A stretch of 64,000 bases of DNA from Amoebidium appalachense (taxonomy: Eukaryota; Protista; Ichthyosporea): the NCBI GenBank assembly GCA_963693365.1, contig CAVNZM010000012.1:2046001-2110000 (forward strand), written 5' to 3'. Positions 40,064 through 64,000 of the stretch are shown in pieces. Below the pieces are notes generated by a model that ran no database searches, was not told where the DNA came from, and worked only from the letters and a program-made list of their open reading frames with translations. Numbering within the stretch: position 1 is the stretch's first letter; each line of letters starts with the position of its first letter. The position numbers and the translations under genes were made by a program.

Positions 40064-43000
40064 ATGGCTCAACAATCTCAACCTCTTTCCTTTTTGTTTT
40101 GGAATGTTCATGGTTTACAATCCCCGCAATTGCAATACATTTTCGACTCTGTTCGTGCCTATTCTTTTGTTGTTCTTGCCGAGACATGGTTCTATAATCA
40201 TCATCAGTTGGAGCAATCCGGATTTTTGATTGGGTCTTCGTCATCGACTGGTTTCTCCCGAGGCGGCATCGCGGTTTTAGCCAATCCTAGCATTCGTTCG
40301 GATTGCAGGGTCATTGCGGCGCATGAGTATTTCGTCACCATTCAGTTTCGTGCGTGGACTTTGTCTTTCGTGTACTTTCCTCCGTCGTTAGGTACTGACA
40401 CTTTGTCAGCCGTGGTTAACCAAATTCCCGTTTCTCAAGTTTTTATTGGTGACTTCAATTGTCCAGTGGTTCCGTGTGATAGGGAACATACCCCGTCCCC
40501 AGCACAGTTTCGTCCTTTTTCTGACCGTGCTCGTGTCCTCGCCAACCTTCTTCGAAAGCACCTTGTCCGTCTTCCTCGCGTTTTCGCTAACCACGCGACT
40601 GACTGGGGTGCCTCGTTTTGGGACTCCACCCTTCGAGTAATTTCCCCACCCGATTCCTTACGGCGTAGTTCGGACCATTCCCCTGTAGAATTTTCGGTTT
40701 CCTTCCCTGTTCACTTTGGCGGGGCTACTCAGACTAACCGCCGCCTCTTATCTCGCGGTTTCAAGCACAAGTTAAACCGGTTACTCGCTGTCAAGGAGTA
40801 TGAGTCGGTTCATGGTTTCTTTCTTGCCGCAGTGCGCGACGCCCGTGCGCAGCGGAACCCGGCTATTCTGGAGGTTTGTTATAATGAGTTTGTTGAGTTC
40901 CTATATGCCCTTGGCGAGCAGGTGGTGGGCACGGTTGAGTACCCTTCCGTTCGGCTGAGACAGTCTCACGTTTTGCAGTCCCTACGACAGTTGTTGCCTC
41001 TACAGGAAGCATTATCGGTCTGGAAATCCGCCGGTCGGTTTGGGCCTTCCGTGCAAGTCTATGCCCCGTCTCCTTCCATCTCCGTTGCTGACTCCGTCGA
41101 TGACTATTATGCTTCCCTATTTTCGCTTCCTAACGTGTCCACGGTTCCATCACCGCCCGTTGGCCTCTCCCAGCCGCCAAGTTGGGAGCCGGACCGATCG
41201 TTCCCGGGCACTTTTCATAGTTATTTTAACTCTTCGGCTGTTTTTGGTGCTATACGGGCGTTAAAACCCCGCAAGGCGTGCGGGCCGGATGCTCTTCCTC
41301 CCGTGCTTTTCAAGGTTCTTTCTCCCGTGCTTCCGCCCCGTAATCGTGCAGAGTCCCCCCCGCCCCCGCCTTTTGCTGTCCTTCTTAGTGAGTTTTTTTC
41401 GGCTTTTTTCGAACTCGGGTTTATTCCAAATTCGTGGCTTGACACAATCGTTACGCCCGTTCGTAAGAAGGTATCGCAGGGGGTCATTAACGACTTTCGT
41501 CCCGTCACACTTACCAACGTTTTCCGTCGGCTCTTTGATGGTTGCATGCTTCGCGCGTTTAACACCGACGATTCTTTAAACGCCGTGTTCCGTCTTTCTT
41601 CCCTTCAAGGGGGCTTTCGTCATGCCTATTGATTCGTGTTATACTCACAGTCTGTTACTCCATGAATCCATTACTTCGGGCTCTCCACACGTTTTTTTAT
41701 TTTTTTATTTTATCCCGTTTCACTCCCGGCGAGGCACTGCCTCAGGGGAGCTTACCGTCTTCCGCCTAGACACAGATCGTACTGTATAGCACACTCATAA
41801 GTCAGGATTCTAATTGACCCCAACTGGCACTATTTTTAGTTACGCCTTATCCCACGGTTCTAGCCGCAGCAACGCTAGTGGGGAAGTGAGCACAGCTCAC
41901 TTTAACAACACCAGCCGGGAGCGACCCGGGACACATACACAAACATAAAGACTTGAAAGGGGAAGACCCCATGCCCAGGACGCTGACCCGAACCGTGGCC
42001 GGTGATTCGGATTGGTCTCCCACTTGAACGTTGGGCTGGGATGCCCAAGCGGCGCGCCGTCGGCGCCAGAGGGTCGGTGCTGTTCATGACGTCATGTCTT
42101 GCGGCCGGATGATAACAAATTGGTGGTGCTGCTTGACGTGGTCTGGGGTGATGGCTTCTAGGGGGCGGCCAGACCGGTGGACCGTCGAGGCAGAAAAATC
42201 GGAAGTAACCAGGATCGATCCTGCGACTTTGAGCTTGACACGCAGAGATCTTACCATTGCACCAACCCGCCCCCCAGCTCTCCACACGTTGTCTTCATCG
42301 ACCTTAAGAACGCCTACGACACCGTACCCACTGGTTTGTTATGGCATAAGCTGGCTATGCGGGGCTTACCAGCCCCCTTTGGCCGTCTTCTGCAAGCGTT
42401 GTTCGATACCACTCGCGGACGAGCGGCGGTCAATGGAACATTAACACCCAGGGTTTCCCGTTCCCGGGGTCTTCTGCAGGGGTCCCTCCTGAGTCCGTTG
42501 TTGTTTGACGTTTTCATTGACGATATAGCCTGCGCCCTCGAACCCTTTGGCCAACTGCATACCCGCCGTGTACCGGGTCTCCTTTTTGCGGACGATATTG
42601 TTCTTTGTTCCTTAACCGAAGATGTCATGCACCAGATGCTTCGTCAGGTGGATCAATGGTGCACCGAGAATCTCATGACAGTCGGAATTGCAAAGTGTGC
42701 TACTTTTTCGAAGAACACTTCCTTTCGATTGGCCGGCCTTCCTATTCCTCTTCAGAGCACCTATGACTATTTGGGTATTCCTTTTACTGCACGGGGTATT
42801 GATTTCCGCAAGCTCCTCACGGCACGGATCGCTCGTGCGAAGGGTAAGCTTCACATCATGTCAAATATGTTTCAACAGGAGTCTGCCAGTGTGATCCATC
42901 CTGCGAACCTTCTTCTCTACTATAAAACTTTTTTACGGCCGACTTTCGAATATGGACTTCCGCTATTGGCCTGCGCCCCACCTCACGAGGCGGCAATGGC

Positions 43001-43806
43001 GCTGAACGAGTTCGACGATTTTCAGGGTACTGCGCTACGCACTTTGTTTCGTACTCGGTTTGTGCCTCCCTTAATCAGTATGTTTGGATTGTCGTCTGCT
43101 GGTTGTCGTATGGAGGAATTGTCTCTTCGTTTTTGTTTTCATTTAGTTAGGCTACCTGAAGGTCACCCTCTTTATGCTTTCTTTCCCCCCCCTCCCTCCA
43201 TCCCTCTTCCCCCCCGATTCACCAACGCTACTTCTGAATGTCCTCAGCCTACCCTCTTTCCACCTGATTCTTCCTCTCGCTATCTCACTCCCTCTTTCTT
43301 TTCTCTACCTGTTTTTTCTGCCTTTTCGCGTTATTACCATTACGCAGTATAAGTTTCTTTCTCGTTCTGATAGAGAAATCAAAGGTAAAACTCAGTCGGC
43401 ATGTGTTATGTTCCTTAGGCAACACCGTACTGATCATTATCGCTTTTTGGGCGCTTTGGCAGGATACATTTCTCCTGTACGTATGGATACCACCCTAGTA
43501 GATAAGTCTGTATGGTGCTCTGATGTTGATATTGCCTGGGAAGTTGTGCAGTGGCGCTGTAATTCTTGTTTTCATCACCGCTGGTGCCACTTTTGTGCTG
43601 ACCTTTTTAATCGCAAGCATGTTGATAGGTGTGAATTTTTATGTCGCGTTTTACCTCTTTCCCTCCGGGTATCTGCTACACTAGCTGGCAATGTGAACAC
43701 TTTAGACTTTTTGTTGAATTCTGTTGGTCGTCACATTGAGTATTTATATGATTTTCACACAGTGTTCAGGTATCTCAGTATGCACTTGTTACTGGATAAC
43801 TCGTGA
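40064..43806 (+). pseudogene. LINE ORF2: APE endonuclease plus reverse transcriptase
   Basis: WNVHGL, LAETW, GGIAVL, GDFN, SDH; KACGPD, FRPVTL, QGGFR, FIDLKNAYD, GLLQGSLLSPLLF, FADD, YLGI; CHFC...H...C. Interrupted by a 4-bp insertion (~41630), a SINE and a frameshift near 43330. Confidence 0.92.
41694..42276 (-). mobile_element. tRNA-derived SINE (~580 bp) inserted in the LINE RT
   Basis: 14-bp TSD GCTCTCCACACGTT (41680-41693, 42277-42290). Minus-strand head GGGCGGGTTGGTGCAATGGTAAG (A box)...GGATCGATCC (B-box-like); A-rich tail. Confidence 0.85.
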
Positions 43807-44124
43807 AGTTTTTATTGTCTTCTCAGTATGCCGTGCATACTTGCATATCTTTCCGTCAAATATATCCAGTCAAAAGAAACTTTCTCTCGGAGCTACCAAT
43901 GCTAGCTTCTGCTTATCCATAATCTAGGGTTGTTTTATTGCATACAGTGTACGTAAGTCACTCTAGCTGCATTTGATTGGCTGCGCTGGAAAACGCAGTA
44001 GGCCGTCAAGTGAGGCTGGGCCCCTGACGATGTCCGCAGCAATACAAAGTGCATAAACCCCTCCTTTTAATTGGCGATTATCTAGTCAGAGCATGCGCCT
44101 GCAAAAATAGAAACCAATCATGCA

Positions 44125-44300
44125 TGACGGCCTACAATGCGCGGACCAAACCACGTTATTCAACTCGCGACAGCGTGCATCCTGTCACCGCAAGGAGTAC
44201 ACGTGGCGTGACGGCCTATGTAGGTGCGCGGACCAAACCACGTGCATTCAACTGCGACAGCGTGCATCCTGTCAAACGTTCTGCCGCAAGGAAACACACA
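44125..44300. repeat. ~85-bp tandem duplication (2 copies)
   Basis: TGACGGCCTA...GCGCGGACCAAACCACGT...GCGACAGCGTGCATCCTGTCA occurs twice. Confidence 0.8.
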
Positions 44301-44401
44301 CGCTTCCCAGCTACATTACATACAGTATCAGGAAAAAGTACACGAACCAATGGGAAAAACACGTGCTGTCAAGAACATCCGCCTCAAGGCAGTCCACGTG
44401 C

Positions 44402-44562
44402 GGGCTCAGATGACAGATGATGTTGCGAATCGGATTCCCGATCCGATTTCGAATCCTTGACCGATTCCGATCCGATTCCGAATCCTAGACCGATTTCGAT
44501 CCGATTCGTAATACCTTGCCTTTCCGATCCGATTCCGAATAGATTTCCGCCCCAGATGAGCC
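44402..44562. repeat. CCGAT(T)/GAATC-rich short element, possibly a mini-MITE
   Basis: Many CCGATCCGATT copies bracketed by GGCTCA...TGAGCC. Confidence 0.4.
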
Positions 44563-44921
44563 TCAGTGAGGCTAGACCTATGGGCTTTCCAGGGCGGGGC
44601 GAGCGAAGCGAGCACCGGCAGCGAGCAAGTTCTAACAACCCAGCCTGAGGGGAAGCCTGCCTTTCCAGTGACTGACACAGCGCGATAAAAAAAGTAAAAA
44701 ACAGCCTCGGTTCGGGCACACGGTATGTATACGCCATCCTGGCCGCCTGACAGCCTGAGTCCACGGCCAGCTCTGAGGGCCGCGCTGAGTCCCGGCAACT
44801 GCAAACCAAAGAGTTTCTAAGAATAGCCAACCAATCGCCGGCTGAGCCGCTCTGGGGGGATACACTGATAACAGCAGCGGAGGAACAGTTTCACGTGTGT
44901 ACAAAAACAAAAGGGCGAACC

Positions 44922-47368
44922 ATGAAACACCAGAACGCACTTGTCTTCACTGTAAGAGAGCTAGACTTTAATCGAACCATAAACGACACATTGCTGATAA
45001 TAGAAAAGGAGTTGAGAAAAGTCACTGAGATGGACGGAAGGCCTCACATAAACCCTTGTTCGCCATCGAGCGGCAAGGCATCCGATGTGGGGCTCCGAAG
45101 AATGCAGCCGATGATGCAGGTGGGTTCACATTTCTGGACTCTTAAGAACATGGATGTGTTTCCTTGCAGAACTCTTCTTTGGTTCAAAGATTTTCCTTGC
45201 GTTTTTTTTAAAGGTTACGGGCAAGACCTGGTGCTAACCATCCTGTTTGTGCACGAACAATCGACAGATGCAGCCATGCGGAGGCGCTTTTCCTTCTGGT
45301 CCCGGCAAGTCCAGTCATGACATGAGTCCAGTTTTCTGGAACTTCAGCGTCCAGCACCAAGAAGGCTGTTCAACCAGACATCACGGAATAGGTGGGGTAG
45401 CTATGCTCTTGTTTCACCTTACTGCTTCTTCTTTCTCCCCTACATCAAATTGTGCAAGCATTCACAGCAATAGCTAGCATGACTATCTGCGATAATCTGC
45501 TGTGTCTGGTTGAGCAATTAGGGCCGCATGTTGGCACACGGCAGCAGCATGATAATTCTGCATTGACCTGTTGTGTTGCCCAACTCTCTAGACCGCCTGG
45601 TCGTGTTCTTTTTGTGCTAAGGTTTCTTTGTATTCTTTCTCTTCCTGCTCTGGAGCTGCAGGTCTAGCTGGCGCATAGTGGTAGGTGCTTGCTCCGATAA
45701 TCCACTATGTTCGCCCAGCATTTTCGCCTTTGCTTTTCGTTGGCACACAGCAGTGGTAGGTGCTTGCTCCGACGATCCACTGCTGTGTCTGAGTCTTCTT
45801 TCTTCTGGTTTGGGTACGGTGGTAGGTGCTTGCTCCGAAGATCTGCCGTGCCTGTTCCAGCTCTGTGTGCGTCTGTGTGGCTATCCCCTTTTAAAAATTT
45901 CCTCACAGGAGGCATTTGCACGTTGCCAACGTGCACACATACTCAGCAAATAGAGCTTTCTGAAGATGGTATTCGCTCTGGCCATGGGGTTAAGGTGGCC
46001 GAGTTTTAAGTTCTTGCCAGCTGTTGTCGAGTTCAGCATGCGTCACCCATATGCATCGGCACCAAGCAAAGAGGGAACATGGGGCTGCACAAGAAGCAGT
46101 ATTACGGAAAAGGTGGGGTAGCCATGTTCCCTTGTCACTTGTTTGCTTCTTCTTTCCTCCCTTAATCAATTTGCGCACTTATTCACAGCAGTAGCATGAC
46201 TATCTGTGATAATCGGCTGTGTGACTTGTACAATGAGGGCCTCATGTTGGCACACACCAGCAGCATGATAATTCTGCAGTGACCTGTGGTGTTGCCCAAC
46301 ACCCTAGACCTCCTGGTCGCGTTGTTTTTGTTGCTCTATGTTTCTCTTGTATTCTTTCTATCCCTGCTCTTTGGAGCAGGTCTAGCTGGCGCATAGTGGT
46401 AGGTGCTTGCTCCGACGATCCGCTATGTTCGTCCAGAATTTTGGCTTCTTCTTTTCGTTGGCACACAGCAGTGGTAGGTGCTTGTTCCGACGATCCACTG
46501 CTGTGTCTGACTCTTATTTCTTCTGGTGTGAGTGCGGTGGTAGGTGCTTGCTCCGAAGATCTACCGCGCCTGTTCCAGCTCTGTGTAAATTTGTGCAGCT
46601 AACCCTCTTTTCCTCACAGGAGGCTTTTACTCAGCGCCATTTGGAGAACTTCTAGGAGACGGCCGTCCCGGAACGTTCCCCCTTTTGTCCACTGCGCTGA
46701 GAAGGCAAAAAGTTGAGTCTCTTTGTTCGGCAGAAACCCGCACCATGCGTGAGCGGAAGTTGGGGCTTATCCAACCAGACTGCACGGAGTAGGTGGAGTA
46801 GCCATGTTCCTGTATCACCTTGCTGCTCCCTCTTTCCTCCCTATCAAGTTGTGCAAGTTTTCAAAGCAGTAGCATGACTATCTGCGATAATCTGCTGTGT
46901 TTAGTTGCACAATGAGGGCCTCATGTTGGCACACGGCAGCAGCATGATAATTTTGCAGTGACCTGTTGTGTTGCCCAACACCCTAGACCGTCTGGTTGCG
47001 TTACCAGTTTTGTGTTACTTTTATCTTCTTTCTCTTCCTACTCTTTGGAGCAGGCCTTGCTGGCGCATAGTGGTAGGTGCTTGCTCCGATAATCCGCTAT
47101 GTTTGTCCAGCATTTTCGCCTTTGCTTTTCGTTGGCACACAGCAGTGGTAGGTGCTTAACTCCGACGATCCACTGCTGTGTCTGACTCTTCTTTCTTCTG
47201 GTGTGGGTGCGATGGTAGGTGCTTGCTCCGAAGATCTACCGCGCCTGTTCCAGCTGTATGTAAATTTGTGCGGCTAACCCCTCTGTTTTACCGGCAGGTT
47301 GCTTTTGCAGAGGAATGCCCTTTGGCACAGTCACCATGGCTCGGGGCCATCTGCATTACAATGCTTGA
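44922..47368 (+). other. Orphan spliced locus (5 putative exons; degenerate coding or non-coding host) carrying three paralogous structured introns
   Basis: Introns 45120-45267, 45392-45908, 46113-46619, 46793-47297, all GTGG...CAG with a GCTAAC-type branch point (GCTATC in the first long intron). The joined frame has an internal TAA and a 1-nt phase defect. Confidence 0.55.
45392..47297 (+). repeat. Three ~510-bp paralogous intron units, each an array of 5-6 stem-loops
   Basis: Units 45392-45908, 46113-46619, 46793-47297. GTGGTAGGTGCTTGCTCCGA (or a close variant) occurs three times per unit, inside different inverted-repeat stems. Confidence 0.9.
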
Positions 47369-48848
47369 CCCATCTACGGGTGTTGGTGAGGCCGAGGGTT
47401 TTAAGCAACCGTAACGTCTGCAGAGTTGTTGAATGGGCGGAATATTCTGTGCCCGGGGCCAACGGAAAGCTCAAAGCACTCTTGATGTTGACGCCGTAGA
47501 ACTACTGTAGCATAATATACACAGCGGTGTGAGCAGTACACGATGCGTGTGCAGTGGTTCGAACCTCAAGTTACATTTGAGATACATGCGTGCAAGCATA
47601 TACATCGTAAATGTGTGTATCTATCTGTTGAAACGAAACAGGGGACGTATGTATGTAGCATGCTTTATTGTGGCGGTGATGTGTATCATCAGTAGCATGC
47701 TATATAGTATGTAATAGATAATGAGAGTATGCCATCGCCATGATATCAGGGTTGGCGATGGGAAGTTGGGACACATTGTTTCCGAAAGTCAGACAGACTA
47801 TCAAATATAAATGTGCCAAGCCGAGAACTTGGCCTACAATATGTATTATAATTCAAAGGCGCCATACATGTGTGCATAATCCTTGAAGTGTAAAATTTTG
47901 GTCACGTATCATAGGAGTCACCCCCCCCCCCCCCCCCCCCCCCCCCCCACCCCCTTCCCCTCCCAACACACACACACACAATCGCTGGGCCAGGTCTGAC
48001 GTCAAGGCAAGGTGCCGCTTGAGCTCTTTCTTACATGCAGCTTCTAGCAGACTTCGAGTAGAGTTTGTAAAATTTTCGTTTTTGGTATATTTCGTTGGAT
48101 ATCTGGTGAAGCTGCCTCGGCGACTATCCCGTTATGTCTATGGTAACTGTATATATCTCCATACTTAGCCGGTCTGATAAAGGGGGGGCGGGGGAAAGGG
48201 GGGGGGGGGGGGGGGGGGGGGGGGTGAGAGAGAGAGAGAGAGAGAGAGAGGTGACAGTCTGATTCTACGCATGCATTGCGCACGCACAGGCATATTTCTT
48301 TCCCACGTACGGCATGTGTGACGCTCGCCCCTGCCGCTGTACTGTGCGTGCAGCCGGTTAGAGTCACTTTTTTCATGCAATTTACAATGTCTGCCTGTAC
48401 CTCTGTTTTTCACTGATGACTGGCGGCCGTGAAGCTTAGAGTACAAAGCTTAGAGTACAGAATTGGTAGAGCCTTTACAACTCAGTTACATCATTTGGTA
48501 CATCAATTTTCGTGCGGGTTCACGTTTGATACTGAAAGCTAACTTATGAAGAGGTGCTCTGCAAATTCAGGAGCCGTTCGTGACCGACTTAATCATACAT
48601 TCCGTATACAAAACACAGCAGCATTCATTCAATTGGGCTCCAAAGGGCCGGAAAAGAATAAGGAGTAAAAAAAAAAAAAAGAACGAAGTCTCATGGTCTG
48701 AATCGAGGAAATAATAAATAAATAAAAACCACAAAGAGATGACACTAGCTCAGTAAGAGGGATAAGGAAAGAGGAAGAACGCCGGAGAGAGGAGGAAACG
48801 GATGCTGTATGAGTGCGTGTGTGTGTGTGCATGTTGTGTATGTGCATG

Positions 48849-48921
<73 letters not shown>

Positions 48922-48979
48922 CACTTGAGTTGCTTGCATGCATGAGTCTCAGATGAAGGGGGAAGCCTCAGGGGGCCGG

Positions 48980-49029
<50 letters not shown>

Positions 49030-49233
49030 GGTGCGACACACAATCAGTGTACGCACATTACTATGCATGCACACCCACCCACCCACCCACCCACCCACAC
49101 TTGCGAAGCAGAGAGCTATACAGAGACAACTACTTCTAGAACAATAGCCAACTAGATCTAGACCAACAGAGATTAAGAATCCTAGAACGATAGGGACTAC
49201 CAGATCTAGATCGATTCTTCACAGTTTTCCCCA

Positions 49234-63618
<14,385 letters not shown>

Positions 63619-64000
63619 CTGCTTGAATCATTATATGAAACAAAACCCACGGTAAGTGAATGAATGAGGTACAAAATAAAAAAAAGCTCCGGGCAAGGAG
63701 GCAACGCAGGGCAAAGAGAAGCACGGGGGGGAGGAGGGGGAGGGGAAGAGAGGGGCAACGAATTGGGGGTGGAAGGGTAAGCTTCCCCCTCCCCCCCCCC
63801 CCTTTTGAGGGGGGGGAGGGGGGAGGGGGGACGGGGGGGAAGATCCACACAAAATGTGAAAGGAGAGGTTGGACCAAAGAGGAGAGGGAAGGGGGACAAG
63901 GCAAGCAACGGCTTCTTGGTGGTGGAACACCATGGAGCAGTGGGAGAGCATGGGTCCGGGTTCCTACCCATCCCCCTCCCCCCCCCCCCCCCCCCCCCCC

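Larger units (their letters stand above)
38746..43806 (+). mobile_element. Decayed non-LTR retrotransposon (LINE; ORF1 plus APE-RT ORF2)
   Basis: Tandem 5' monomers, ORF1, and ORF2 with APE, RT and C-terminal CCHC-like motif; several disabling lesions. 3' end not sharply defined. Confidence 0.9.

Noticed and set aside
42200-42276. Functional tRNA gene
   Set aside because: It is the head of a TSD-flanked SINE; the cloverleaf is degenerate.
45664-46466. Minus-strand ORFs with RSKHLP peptide repeats as a real protein
   Set aside because: Spacings of 75 and 66 nt are multiples of 3, but frames contain stops, unit 3 has a 1-nt loop insertion, and variation preserves base pairing. Not fully excluded.
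45678-47230. GTGGTAGGTGCTTGCTCCGA repeats as a CRISPR array
   Set aside because: The intervening sequences recur between units and pair with the repeat flanks; eukaryotic context; no cas genes.
48432-48459. 14-bp tandem duplication AAGCTTAGAGTACA
   Set aside because: Isolated, with no associated element; could be slippage.

Overview
Eukaryotic genomic DNA. The host looks like an intron-rich protist or fungus-like opisthokont: introns are packed with (CA/TG)n and poly-G/C. An ichthyosporean such as Amoebidium is plausible, but that is inference. Three zones. (1) 1-~22.9 kb: right part of an endogenous Polinton/Polinton-like virus, with an A32-type packaging ATPase, double-jelly-roll major capsid protein, a Pro-rich/Lys-rich putative core protein, a VLTF3-like late transcription factor, a protein-primed DNA polymerase B (TP-vOTU-Zn-exo-VSR-pol) and a 35-bp terminal hairpin. 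The polymerase is split by an intact chromodomain Ty3/Gypsy LTR element (13621-21473, TSD CCTGT) whose gag and pol are separated only by a UGA-CGG readthrough codon. The viral DNA is strongly depleted in CGC/GCG. (2) Host genes: a 7-exon Kv-type K+ channel (+) and an HRI-like eIF2-alpha kinase (-, 5' end beyond the window). (3) An intergenic TE cluster (36.5-47.4 kb): MITEs, a decayed APE-RT LINE with a nested tRNA-SINE, and an orphan spliced locus. That locus has three paralogous ~510-nt introns built largely from stem-loops that share a conserved UAG...CGANNAU internal loop with co-varying stems. This intronic hairpin array and the VLTF3-bearing virus are the top candidates for something undescribed. 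Many 1-nt frameshifts fall in homopolymers and may be assembly errors. All assignments are from motif recognition by eye; no searches were run.
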